The position numbers and the translations under genes were made by a program. A stretch of 36,641 nucleotides of DNA. It comes from Candidatus Woesearchaeota archaeon. GTDB lineage: Archaea > Nanobdellota > Nanobdellia > Woesearchaeales > UBA10216. The stretch lies in NCBI GenBank assembly GCA_016180085.1, contig JACPBX010000010.1:1-36641 (forward strand), given 5' to 3'. The notes under the pieces are model-generated. The model worked only from the letters and a program-made list of their open reading frames with translations, was not told where the DNA came from and searched no databases. Position 1 is the stretch's first letter. Each line of letters begins with the position of its first letter. Positions 7,157-16,185 of this stretch are shown here, piece after piece.

Positions 7157-7930
7157 TTAATGACTTTTTGCAAAATCTGTTATGGAACCAAGCTCAGTCT
7201 GAATATCGGTGTCTGCGCTTCCATAACTGATTAATATTTTATCCAAGTCGTTAAAAACGTGATCTCCAAAGCCGTTATTTTGCACGCCGTTGACGTAAAA
7301 CCTAAGCTTTTTGCCTTCCGAATTACAAAACTGCCGATTATTTGGGAACTTAAGGCACGCCTCGTTGAAATCACCGCCTATGCTCCTGAAAAACAGCCAC
7401 AAAGGCACACCAGTAGCGTGCATATGAATGACATCGCCTGTCATTTCAGGAGGCTGCGCGCCTTTATCAACGTGAATAAAGCTGCTGGTTGCATTGGCGT
7501 CCATCTTTGACATGTCCATCGCAAAAGGCTCAAAATCAAAAGCTACGCCGTCCATGTAGACCTTCCAATCAGCATGTATGTGCTGCGAACCCAACACGCC
7601 AATGGTTGATTTAGTGTCCATGTTGCACTGAAGCTGGCCAGAGCTTATGCACATCTCAACAGGCATGCCGCATGCGTCGCATTTGCCATCGTTGTCCTTA
7701 TCCATGAATTCCTTTGCCAATGCAACGTCAAAGCCTGTTAAGGACATACGGCTTAAACGGCTGCCCATTTTATTCGAGTCAACCTCACTTGGCTTACTTG
7801 TTGCTTCGCCACCAGCTTCTTTTTGAAAATTGACAAACGAGGAAATGCTAAAAATCAAAGTGACTAAGACTATAGCTAAAGTTCCATATACTAAATAATC
7901 CTCCTTAACTTTCACTTTCATTTTTCCCAC
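7157..7930 (-). CDS. Membrane-anchored His-rich protein (HxHAD family) with DxDxDG and CxxC
   Basis: TM anchor; DKDNDGKCDAC; HIHADWKVY, FIHV, VIHMHATG, FYVNG, DLDKILISYG. Confidence 0.8.
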   Translation of the reverse strand: MGKMKVKVKEDYLVYGTLAIVLVTLIFSISSFVNFQKEAGGEATSKPSEVDSNKMGSRLSRMSLTGFDVALAKEFMDKDNDGKCDACGMPVEMCISSGQLQCNMDTKSTIGVLGSQHIHADWKVYMDGVAFDFEPFAMDMSKMDANATSSFIHVDKGAQPPEMTGDVIHMHATGVPLWLFFRSIGGDFNEACLKFPNNRQFCNSEGKKLRFYVNGVQNNGFGDHVFNDLDKILISYGSADTDIQTELGSITDFAKSH

Positions 7931-7931
7931 T

Positions 7932-8435
7932 TCATTTAGCCTTTGCCACTCCCGCTTTTGTTTTTACAGCTATCTTATCCTTGATTAATAATATAACACT
8001 CAACGCCACTAGCGCTCCACCTGCTGTCCAAAAAATCAAGTTAAACTGCTGTGCAGCCTGGAAAGGAGTGCCGGCAACTATAAGCCCCGCGTTTAGCATC
8101 AAGGCCTTGCCAGAGAGGCAGCCCATTTTCCTCAGCTTGAGCAGCAGCAGAATGCCGAAGAGTATCACCGCAGCGGTCCAGAACGGCACTGCCACTTTCT
8201 GAAGAAAGAGAAGGGGCATTCCAACAACTGTAACCCCAATCAGCGCAAGCAGGGCAATTGCGGCAGTGCAGACGTTGTGGCAGACTGTCCATGAGCTGAA
8301 GATGCCCATCAGGCCGCTTGCGCTGCTGGTTGCGCTCAGGATTTTTTCCTTCAACCCCGTAGCTGCTGGCGCTGCAGTCGGCTTTGCTGTTGCTTTGCCC
8401 TTTGCAGTTTTGGCCTTTACTGCCTTATTTGCCAT
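7932..8435 (-). CDS. Membrane protein with CHNVC motif (possible metal transporter/permease)
   Basis: CxxxC in first helix, four hydrophobic helices; RBS GAGGAG before ATG 8435. Confidence 0.7.
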   Translation of the reverse strand: MANKAVKAKTAKGKATAKPTAAPAATGLKEKILSATSSASGLMGIFSSWTVCHNVCTAAIALLALIGVTVVGMPLLFLQKVAVPFWTAAVILFGILLLLKLRKMGCLSGKALMLNAGLIVAGTPFQAAQQFNLIFWTAGGALVALSVILLIKDKIAVKTKAGVAKAK

Positions 8436-9042
8436 GCTTTCTCCTCGCAGCAGTGTGGCTTTGGCCTTTTGCACCCTTCCACATCTTCAGAAGCCAGAAA
8501 TATACCAGCCCTACAAGGCCGAGCAGCAGTATTACGTACAAAATATTTGTCAAAGTCCAGTAGCCGCTGCCAATGCTGCTGTAGCCGGAACTTCCCATCA
8601 TTCCCTGCGTGTTTTGCCCGAAGCCCATTCCCTGCATCATCCTCATCATGGGCATCATCCTGCCTGCTACTGTGCCCGCCCCCATTATTCCGCCGCTGCC
8701 AATTGCCGTGCCTACGCCTGTGCCTGTGTCGCAGTACATCGCCTGTGCAAGGTTGATATGGAACTGGTCATGGTAAGGTGTGCCTTCCTCAATTCCCATC
8801 ATCCTGTGCATCACATCATGCGCATCGCCAGGATGCATCTGCTCCATCAGGTATTCGCCAATCGCTTCAAGCTGCTCGTTGCCAAGCTCGTCACAGCTTA
8901 CGCCGCTGTCAAAAAGCTCCTTGCCTATGGCAATCTCGCTTTCTTCGCTTCCGCCTTCATGCGCAATTGCGGCAGCCGCCATCACCAAAAATGCAACTGC
9001 AAAAAATACGATAAATATGCCAGAACAATTTGCTTTTTTCAT
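8425..9042 (-). CDS. Met/His-rich exported/membrane protein
   Basis: Signal ending AIAHEG; MEQMHPGDAHDVMHRMMG; GRMMPMMRMMQGMG; C-terminal TM helix. Confidence 0.75.
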   Translation of the reverse strand: MKKANCSGIFIVFFAVAFLVMAAAAIAHEGGSEESEIAIGKELFDSGVSCDELGNEQLEAIGEYLMEQMHPGDAHDVMHRMMGIEEGTPYHDQFHINLAQAMYCDTGTGVGTAIGSGGIMGAGTVAGRMMPMMRMMQGMGFGQNTQGMMGSSGYSSIGSGYWTLTNILYVILLLGLVGLVYFWLLKMWKGAKGQSHTAARRKHGK

Positions 9043-9069
9043 TGTTTCACCCTCAAAGTTTTATCCAAG

Positions 9070-9693
9070 CTAACATCCAAACTCCCCGCTAATCGGGCAA
9101 ACGGATGAAGCGTTAGCCTTCAATTTCGGAGTTCCAGGCTCTTTGCCTTTGCTTATGTAATCCTCAGCAATAGTGGTGTTCCACTCGTGCTCGTGGTTCC
9201 ACAGGTTCCAGAAGTGGCGCCATTCGTTCCAGCCAATTCCGAGATGCTTCACATAGATGCCGTTTTCAGCAAGCATCTTCCCAATCTTCCTGCCCGTCAT
9301 GCAGGGCATGCTGTAGCAGTAAACTATGATGTCCTTGTCCTTAGGCAACGCTGCAAACGCGGAAACTATCCTGTCAACGTCGCCGTAGGCTGCTGTGTTG
9401 CGGTCGCTGTATGCCGGAATGTTCACGGCGCCAACTATGTGCTCAGCCTCATATTCCTCTGCGCTGCGCAGGTCAACAAGGACATAGTCATCAACGCCCT
9501 TGTCCATCTTGCCCTTCAGGCTGTGAGGGCTGACGTGGACTGCGTTCTCTGCCAGATAAAAGCCCTTAATAAGCTCATCCTCGCTTGGTTCGGCCGGGCT
9601 TTGCACATTTAAGACCACAACTGCGGCTATTGCCCCGGATACTGCGCCTAATATTAGAGCCAGCATAAGCGTAACAGCTGCCGGTTTCATCAT
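9070..9693 (-). CDS. Membrane-anchored rhodanese-domain protein
   Basis: LVDLRSAEEYEAEHIVGAVNIP, IIVYCYSMPC; ATG 9693 overlaps the osmC stop. Confidence 0.85.
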   Translation of the reverse strand: MMKPAAVTLMLALILGAVSGAIAAVVVLNVQSPAEPSEDELIKGFYLAENAVHVSPHSLKGKMDKGVDDYVLVDLRSAEEYEAEHIVGAVNIPAYSDRNTAAYGDVDRIVSAFAALPKDKDIIVYCYSMPCMTGRKIGKMLAENGIYVKHLGIGWNEWRHFWNLWNHEHEWNTTIAEDYISKGKEPGTPKLKANASSVCPISGEFGC

Positions 9694-10247
9694 TGTGCCT
9701 CGCCTTGCGCCTCGTCTACGCTTTGGGATGCGTGCAGCTCTACACTGAGCTTTATCGGATGCGTCAGGCAATAGATGCCAGGGCACCTGCCAAGTGCAGC
9801 CTGTTCGATTTCCTTTATTTTATTTTTATCTGCGCCGCACTCCACTTCAACTGTTAACTTGGCAGATTCAACAATAGGCTCTTCGCCTAGCCCTAATGGC
9901 TTGCTCAAATTTACCTTATTTTCCGCAGCTACTTTTAGCTTGTTGAGAGGCACACCTTGCTCGGTAGCGATGTTTGCGAATGTCTGTGCAAAGCATGAGG
10001 CAAGCCCAAAGAGGCAGTATTGCACGGGATCTGGCTTAAGCGCGTGCCCACCCGTAAACGCCGGCCCGTCAGCCTCAACAAGTGTCTTGTGGTCTCCGTG
10101 CTGCAGCTCTGCACGAAACTGGGGTTTTCCGTTGCCAAAAACCCATTCGCCCTCGACCTTTTTTATTTTGACAGCCTTACTACTGTCTTTTTTCACTTCT
10201 TCAATAAAATCGGCTGCTTTCTCAACATCTATATTGTTCATGTTCAC
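9690..10247 (-). CDS. OsmC/Ohr-family protein
   Basis: PDPVQYCLFGLASCF...RCPGIYCL conserved Cys pair. Confidence 0.85.
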   Translation of the reverse strand: MNMNNIDVEKAADFIEEVKKDSSKAVKIKKVEGEWVFGNGKPQFRAELQHGDHKTLVEADGPAFTGGHALKPDPVQYCLFGLASCFAQTFANIATEQGVPLNKLKVAAENKVNLSKPLGLGEEPIVESAKLTVEVECGADKNKIKEIEQAALGRCPGIYCLTHPIKLSVELHASQSVDEAQGEAQ

Positions 10248-10278
10248 ACAACACCTGTCGCTTGCTGCCTCTTGCCTA

Positions 10279-10692
10279 TTATTCGCCAGATTGTTCGCCC
10301 GGTTCGTTCAGGCTGCACCCGCTTTTATCAGCAAGCTGCCCAAAGGTCATTTCCCCTCCAACCCTGCTCTTGTCAGAAAATTCCCAGGTTGGGTAGCCCT
10401 TTATGCCTGCCTCGCTGCAAACCTGAGTCTGGCCTGCGCGGTTTGGAAGGGAGCATTCAACATAATTGACATATTTCCAGCTGCTGCCAAACATTTCCTC
10501 CTGGTTTTGGCAGTGCGGGCACCAGTAAGCGCCGTACATCTTCACGCCGTTTTCGGTAAGGCACTTTGCAAAATCGTCATACTTCCCAGGCTCTTCGGTT
10601 TTCCCGCTTTTCTGCGCGTTTATTGCCATAGCAGCAGCGAAAGCCAAAACAGCGATTATGGCAAGCAGAATCACCTGACTTTTCTTTTTCAT
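10279..10692 (-). CDS. Membrane-anchored thioredoxin-like protein
   Basis: YGAYWCPHC...YVECS...C...IKGYPTW. Confidence 0.85.
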   Translation of the reverse strand: MKKKSQVILLAIIAVLAFAAAMAINAQKSGKTEEPGKYDDFAKCLTENGVKMYGAYWCPHCQNQEEMFGSSWKYVNYVECSLPNRAGQTQVCSEAGIKGYPTWEFSDKSRVGGEMTFGQLADKSGCSLNEPGEQSGE

Positions 10693-10728
10693 GATTATGA
10701 CCTTCCCCTTATCGGTTTTTAAACTCTC

Positions 10729-11904
10729 TTACCGCTTTGCTTCTGCCTTAAGCTGCCTTTTCACAAAATAAAGCAGCAGCGCAGCAAAGGCCAAGAGCAC
10801 GGCTGCCGCAACAAAATTGAATTTTGCAGTGTTCTCAAGCACTGCATCGCTCAGCCTTTCGGTAAGGCCTGTTGTGCGGACCTGGTACTTGTGCGTTATG
10901 AACGCGAATATTGCAAGCGCTGCAAAGATTTCCACTACAGCGGCCAGTTTTCTGGCGTTGCTGCTTGCAATTAGCCTGGAAATAACAAACTTGTGCAAAA
11001 CCAGCGTGGCTGCACCAAGCACAGCTAGCAGGAAAATCATGCCGAGCAAATCAGCAGCTGTTATTATTGTTGTGCCCCTGCTTATTATGAACAGCGCGCC
11101 GAGAAAAATCAGGAGCAGCCCCGAGATGATGTTAGTGCTTGCCAGCAGCAGCTTCTTTTTCCCTACGTTCAGGGTTATTGCAAACCCCCTGATAAGCCTG
11201 CTCTCGGCAAGGTTAAACCTATCATACGCGAACGATACCGCGAAGAGAGGGATTGCCAGGCCAAGCGCGTAAAAGAACAGCAGCAGAGCGGTATAGGCGT
11301 AGTTGTTGAAAACAGCAGCCATTGTGAAAATTCCTGCAATAACAGGGCCTATGCAGGCAGACCAGCCAATCGCGAACAACGCCCCGAATATGAAAGTGCC
11401 CGGGGCATCCTTCGGCAGCCTGCCCCTGAGGTGGATAAACGAGAACCCTTTCCCGAAGAACATCATCACGCCCAGGGCTATCAGGATTATCCCTGATGCC
11501 TGAACCAGGACTGCTATGTCCTGCTGGAACGTCACAAATGAAACCCTGCCGAGCGCGGTTAATGCGATGCCGAGGGCAATGAACGCCAGCGAAAACCCGC
11601 CGAAAAACTCAAGCGTCGTGAGGGTGATGTTCCTGCGGCTTTTCGCTGTGTAAGCGAGGAATGCAGGAAGCAGGGCAACTGTGCACGGCGCAAGGAAGCT
11701 GAGGATGCCGCCGAGGAAAGCGATTAGGAAAGTAACGTTCCTAAGCGTTGACTCGGCCGTAAAGCGGTTGTAGTCCTGAAGCTTCTGCAGGATGTTCAGC
11801 TGCTTCTCAATGCCGCTATCTTCGGCATTTTGAGCGGCAGCATAACTTGCAGCAAGCAGCAGGAAAAGCAATAATGATGCGATGATGCGCAAGGCCGCTG
11901 CCAT
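10729..11904 (-). CDS. ccdA: CcdA/DsbD-family transmembrane electron transporter
   Basis: GILSFLAPCTVALLP and GWSACIGPVI motifs; extra C-terminal helices. Confidence 0.85.
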   Translation of the reverse strand: MAAALRIIASLLLFLLLAASYAAAQNAEDSGIEKQLNILQKLQDYNRFTAESTLRNVTFLIAFLGGILSFLAPCTVALLPAFLAYTAKSRRNITLTTLEFFGGFSLAFIALGIALTALGRVSFVTFQQDIAVLVQASGIILIALGVMMFFGKGFSFIHLRGRLPKDAPGTFIFGALFAIGWSACIGPVIAGIFTMAAVFNNYAYTALLLFFYALGLAIPLFAVSFAYDRFNLAESRLIRGFAITLNVGKKKLLLASTNIISGLLLIFLGALFIISRGTTIITAADLLGMIFLLAVLGAATLVLHKFVISRLIASSNARKLAAVVEIFAALAIFAFITHKYQVRTTGLTERLSDAVLENTAKFNFVAAAVLLAFAALLLYFVKRQLKAEAKR

Positions 11905-11906
11905 TT

Positions 11907-12530
11907 TTACCCGAACACGATATTTATCTCATCGCCATCACGGGGCATGTAATGGTTAAACTCAGTGTTTTCAACGTCGTTGACGAACATCTTCACAGTG
12001 CCATCAGGGCCGTTGCAATAGTCAAGGATGCACTCGCTGCTGAACTTTTTCTTCCAGACATCACTGAAGAAGTAGCCGAGCTGCATGTTTTTAACCGTGG
12101 GAGCCTGAACCTCCCAGTGCAGGATGTTGTCAGTTGCATGCGTGTGGACAGGCTTATGAACAGAGCCTTCAAGCCCCAAATTCGTAGGGATGGTTACCGC
12201 CTTGCCTTTAATTAGTATAGTAACATGAGGGTGCCAGTGTATTGCTCCTTTCGGAATTTTCGCAGCAAAAGCCTTTTCATCAAAGCCATCGCTGCCGCCA
12301 CCGTCGGGCGTTATTAACGGCTTGTCACCATTGCCGCCCTTTCCAGCGAAAACAAAATAGCCGCCAATAACAATTAAAGCTATAACAGCTGCAACGATAA
12401 TTTTCTTGTTCAAGCCCTTTTTCTTCGGCGCTTCCTTTGGCTGCGCGGTGTGCTTTGCCTGCTTGTGCTGTTCCAGGCTTTCAGGGCTCTGGAATTCCTT
12501 ATTGCAACCGCTGCAGAGATGTTTTTCCAT
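11907..12530 (-). CDS. C2H2 zinc finger + TM helix + His-rich HxH domain protein
   Basis: CSGCNKEFQSPESLEQHKQAKH; HWHPH, VHTH, LHWE, MFVND, RDGDEINIVFG. Confidence 0.8.
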   Translation of the reverse strand: MEKHLCSGCNKEFQSPESLEQHKQAKHTAQPKEAPKKKGLNKKIIVAAVIALIVIGGYFVFAGKGGNGDKPLITPDGGGSDGFDEKAFAAKIPKGAIHWHPHVTILIKGKAVTIPTNLGLEGSVHKPVHTHATDNILHWEVQAPTVKNMQLGYFFSDVWKKKFSSECILDYCNGPDGTVKMFVNDVENTEFNHYMPRDGDEINIVFG

Positions 12531-12573
12531 GTTTAAGACCTATATTAACCCGTATCAAGACAATTCAAGGCAG

Positions 12574-13335
12574 CTACCCCGCCCTTTCCCTGCAGTAGCT
12601 GACAATCTTTTCCTTTGCTGAATCCAGATGCCTTGACGTGCCCTGAACAGCTGCCGCGAAACTGTCGGCTTTCATTTCATCCTCGCTTACCCTGCTGCTG
12701 TCAGGAAAATTTGCAAGCGCATAGAATGGCGAAAGCAGCCTTGCCACATAGCCCGATAGCTTGAGAACCGAAGCCCTGCCCTTTATGTGGGCAAGCTCAT
12801 GAAGCACAATCGCCTCAATCTCCTTTTTCCAAAGAATGTCAAACAGGCCTGCAGAAAGGAAAATCCTTGGCGTGAACAGCGAAAAAGAGAAGGCAACAGG
12901 CGTTGCAGTGTTAAGGATGTACAGCTTTGGCTGCCTTATCGCCAGCCCGCCAGAGTGCCTTTGCACAAGCCTGTTCCAGTGGCTGCCTTGCAGGAGGGAT
13001 GCCTTTCGGGACTGCCTTTTTACAAAGACAATCGGGGCAACCGCAAGGGCTATGACCATCGCAATGACTGCCGTGAGCCCAAGCATCGTCAGTATTGCCT
13101 TCGCCTGGTCACAGCCGGAAAAGTAGCTCTGGCACCCCCTGAAGAAGATGAAGAACAGGAACGGAAACACGAAGGCAAAAACGTGGATGTACAGAAGCGT
13201 AAGGCGCTTCTTCGTGTCAGCGGTTTTGAGCCTTCTCAGCATGACAAGCGCAGCAATCGCTATCGCAAACGACAGGATAACTATGCCCGATTTCAGAGGG
13301 CTCATGAAAAATGCCAGCGTACATTCAGTGCACAT
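12574..13335 (-). CDS. BlaR1/M56-like (M48-related) membrane zinc metalloprotease without penicillin-binding domain
   Basis: Three TM helices then PVAFSF...PRIFLSAGL...IVLHELAHIK...E..AD. Confidence 0.85.
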   Translation of the reverse strand: MCTECTLAFFMSPLKSGIVILSFAIAIAALVMLRRLKTADTKKRLTLLYIHVFAFVFPFLFFIFFRGCQSYFSGCDQAKAILTMLGLTAVIAMVIALAVAPIVFVKRQSRKASLLQGSHWNRLVQRHSGGLAIRQPKLYILNTATPVAFSFSLFTPRIFLSAGLFDILWKKEIEAIVLHELAHIKGRASVLKLSGYVARLLSPFYALANFPDSSRVSEDEMKADSFAAAVQGTSRHLDSAKEKIVSYCRERAG

Positions 13336-13405
13336 TCAGCCTGCCTCACTAAAAGCTAAACAACTGCCCCCTTTTAATTTTTGCCATTTTCCGGCTTTAT
13401 CTGCC

Positions 13406-13756
13406 TTATTTTTTTCCCTTTACAAAACGCTCGTTAAAGTAGCTGATGGCAACATTGCCAAACTTCTCAATCAGCCTGTTAACAGTCTCATCAACGACAG
13501 ACAGCTCAAACTGCTTCCTGTCCTTCTTCGGGAAGTAGACATACCTTAAGCCTCCCCTCGCTGTTTCAATCCTCCTGTCAACAACGCCTTTTTCGAAGAG
13601 CCTGTCAAGAATCACAGCTACGCTTGTCAGGGCAACCTTCCTGCCCTTCTTCAGCTTCTGGTAAATCTCCCTAACCCTCAGCGCCCTGTCAGGCCAAAGC
13701 ACAACCAGCACATCGTTCTCAAGGGGGCTGAGCACTGAACTGAACATGCGCTTCAT
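13406..13756 (-). CDS. BlaI/MecI/CopY-family transcriptional repressor
   Basis: LSPLENDVLVVLW...VREIY...ALTSVAVILDRLFEKGVVDR...YVYFP. Confidence 0.9.
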   Translation of the reverse strand: MKRMFSSVLSPLENDVLVVLWPDRALRVREIYQKLKKGRKVALTSVAVILDRLFEKGVVDRRIETARGGLRYVYFPKKDRKQFELSVVDETVNRLIEKFGNVAISYFNERFVKGKK

Positions 13757-13798
13757 GCCAGAACCGGTTCTTTAGCAAGTATAAATATTTTTCTAATA

Positions 13799-13814
13799 TT
13801 GTAAAGCTTTACAA
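13799..13814. promoter_or_regulatory. Perfect 16-bp palindrome in the divergent blaI promoter
   Basis: TTGTAAAGCTTTACAA between two opposed TATA boxes. Confidence 0.55.
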
Positions 13815-13870
13815 CAAAAGATTTAAATATGTGCTGTATTACAAAAGTTGCAAAGGTTGTTAAAGCTAAA

Positions 13871-14554
13871 ATGGTTCTCAAAAAAGACAACAACGCCAAG
13901 CTTCTTGTTCTGGTTGCTGTAGCTGCAGTTGTGCTGCTGCTAAACCAGTGGCAGATAATGGCCATTTCCGACCTGACAGGAGGCAGCGGAGGGTCCTCAA
14001 AAGGGACAAAACTCAACGTCAAGCTGTCAGGCGATGTTGTGCAGGACGCAATAAAGGCAGTAGTCCCAACCGGCACTCCGCTGTATGGCGCAGAACTTGG
14101 CGTGAGCTTTGATGACCCAATAAACAGCCTGAACATACTTGCCAAGCTCGACAGGCAGGTGCCAACCAACACCCTGGCAGAAGCGGAAAAAGCAAGGTTC
14201 ATCAATGTTGGAACAAGAATCAGCTGCGAGTTCTGCTGCGGCGCGCCATCCGTGGTTGACCAAAGTGGAAGAGACCTCTGCGGCTGCTCCCACGCTGCAT
14301 CGTTCAAGGGCCTTTCAAAATACCTTATTAAAAACCATCCGGGCGAGTGGAGTGATGACGAGATACTGCTTGAGCTGACAAAGTGGAAGGCGTTATATTA
14401 TCCCAAGAACATGGTCGAGAAGGCTGTAGCTGCACTGGAGAATGGCATGGAGCTCACGCCTGCAGTGCTTAACGACAGGGATTTGCTCAAGAAAATATCA
14501 GCAGGCGACACAACAAGCATCGGAGATCTCCCGTCAATGGTCGGCGGATGCTAA
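13871..14554 (+). CDS. Membrane-anchored Cys-cluster protein ending DLPSMVGGC
   Basis: TM anchor; ISCEFCCG, CGCSH; C-terminal MVGGC*. Confidence 0.8.
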   Translation: MVLKKDNNAKLLVLVAVAAVVLLLNQWQIMAISDLTGGSGGSSKGTKLNVKLSGDVVQDAIKAVVPTGTPLYGAELGVSFDDPINSLNILAKLDRQVPTNTLAEAEKARFINVGTRISCEFCCGAPSVVDQSGRDLCGCSHAASFKGLSKYLIKNHPGEWSDDEILLELTKWKALYYPKNMVEKAVAALENGMELTPAVLNDRDLLKKISAGDTTSIGDLPSMVGGC

Positions 14555-14641
14555 GTTAGAGTGTAGGTAAAAAATCATATTCGTTGTGGCTGCTGCGGCT
14601 GCAGCGGCGAAATGAAAGCGATCATGAATGAGGTGGTAAAG

Positions 14642-14881
14642 ATGGTTGAAGCAAGCAAGATTTTGCCGGCAGTGCTGATTGCCTTAGTCCTGGTTTCTGC
14701 GGTGCAGGCGTTCCAGCTGAATTCCCTGAAGGAAAAGGTTGAGTCAGGCCAGTTTTCGGCTTCGGGAAGCTCAAAAGGGCCCGCCACCGGAGGCAGCACC
14801 GGCAGTGCAGTGGCTAGTTCTGGAAGCACAGGCGCAACCAGCAGCATCGCAGACCTTCCGCAAATGGTTGGCGGGTGCTGA
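14642..14881 (+). CDS. Small TM protein with Gly/Ser linker ending DLPQMVGGC
   Basis: RBS GAGGTGG before ATG 14642; helix + flexible linker + MVGGC*. Confidence 0.8.
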   Translation: MVEASKILPAVLIALVLVSAVQAFQLNSLKEKVESGQFSASGSSKGPATGGSTGSAVASSGSTGATSSIADLPQMVGGC

Positions 14882-14927
14882 AGGCAGAAATGGCTAAGAG
14901 GCTAAAAGGTGTTGGGAGGTTCCTGGA

Positions 14928-16172
14928 ATGACAGAACAAAAAAAGGCCAATGAGCATCATGCCAAGCATCACGCAGGAGAGCATTCAGGCAAGCAGCAGC
15001 ACCACCACGAAAAAGAACAAAAAGAAATTAGGATAACGCTTCCTGAAATCAAGGGCTTAAACCTGTCGGCAATTGCAACTGTCTCAGCTGTCGCCCTGCT
15101 CGTGATTGTCGTTTTCCAGGCATTCCAGGCCTTTACCCTTTCGCAAAAGCTTAATGCACTGGCGGCAGAAGCGCAGGAGCTTAACAGGCTGCCGGCAGTG
15201 CAGCTGACTGCGATTAGCGTGGAATCCTCAGTTGACTGCGAGCAGTGCACGCAGGTTGATGCCCTGATAAGCGAAGTGGAAAAGGCAAGAGCCAACATAA
15301 CGGCATCAACAGTTCTAAAAGTCAATGATGCCAGATCGCAGGAGCTAATCGACAAATACGACATTGCACGCCTGCCTGCAGTAATAATAACAGGCGAGAT
15401 TGACAAGGTAGCTATCACAGGCTTCACAAAAGTCAACGACGCACTTATATCGCAGACCCCGCCGCCTTACGTGATCCCAACAGGAAAAATCAGAGGGCTT
15501 GTGAGCCTGACATATGTGAATGTTTCCAGCTGCAGTGAGTGCCCTGACCTAATGGGTGTTGTGCAGCAGCTAAGGGCACAAATCAAAGTAGCAGACTTCA
15601 AGGCGGTTGACAAAGACAGCGAGGAAGGCAAAAAGCTTGTTGCGGAGTATGAAATGACAAGGCTGCCGGGAATCCTCCTTTCAAGCGACATCAACGAATA
15701 CTCACTGGCAGACCAGCTTGCACAGGTTGGCACTGTTAAGAAGGACGGGTTCATAGCGCTGGGCTCAAATGCCCCGTACCTGAACGTTTCTACAGGAAAG
15801 ATTACAGGCATTACGCAGCTCATACTGCTCAACGACAGCAGCTGCACTGGCTGCTATGATGTCACGATGCACGTTCCGATAGTGAGGAGATTCCAGGTAA
15901 ACCCTGCAACAATAAAAGTGACTGATGCTGCAAGCGCGGAGGGCAAAGAGCTAATCTCCAAATACAAAATAACAGCTGTGCCAACCATCCTGGTAACGGG
16001 CGATGTTTCGCCCTACGAGCAGCTTCTTGGCATCTGGCCAACTGTTGGGACAACAGAAAAGGATGGCGCATTGGTCTTCAGGACCATGAGCGCAATCTCC
16101 GGAAGCCCCTATAAGGACCTGCAGACAGGAAAGTTAGAATCAAACCTGCCACAGCAAACACAGCAGCAGTAG
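14928..16172 (+). CDS. Membrane-anchored protein with three CxxC thioredoxin-like repeats and His-rich N-terminus
   Basis: CEQC, CSEC, CTGC, each followed by ...KY.I..lP.ii; HHAKHHAGEH...HHHE. Confidence 0.8.
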   Translation: MTEQKKANEHHAKHHAGEHSGKQQHHHEKEQKEIRITLPEIKGLNLSAIATVSAVALLVIVVFQAFQAFTLSQKLNALAAEAQELNRLPAVQLTAISVESSVDCEQCTQVDALISEVEKARANITASTVLKVNDARSQELIDKYDIARLPAVIITGEIDKVAITGFTKVNDALISQTPPPYVIPTGKIRGLVSLTYVNVSSCSECPDLMGVVQQLRAQIKVADFKAVDKDSEEGKKLVAEYEMTRLPGILLSSDINEYSLADQLAQVGTVKKDGFIALGSNAPYLNVSTGKITGITQLILLNDSSCTGCYDVTMHVPIVRRFQVNPATIKVTDAASAEGKELISKYKITAVPTILVTGDVSPYEQLLGIWPTVGTTEKDGALVFRTMSAISGSPYKDLQTGKLESNLPQQTQQQ

Positions 16173-16185
16173 CGTTTTAAAAGTG

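Noticed and set aside
8266-10722. Long plus-strand ORFs (8266-9108, 9187-9612, 9775-10722) and similar antisense ORFs elsewhere
   Set aside because: They are shadows of well-supported minus-strand genes; no motifs or RBS.
14582-14611. In-frame CGCCGC upstream of the small MVGGC gene
   Set aside because: No standard start codon after the in-frame stop at 14564, a strong RBS sits downstream at 14630, and GCT/GCG-type repeats are common here.
14890-14931. 13-codon ORF overlapping the triple-CxxC gene start
   Set aside because: No RBS, no distinctive residues; the downstream gene has its own RBS.
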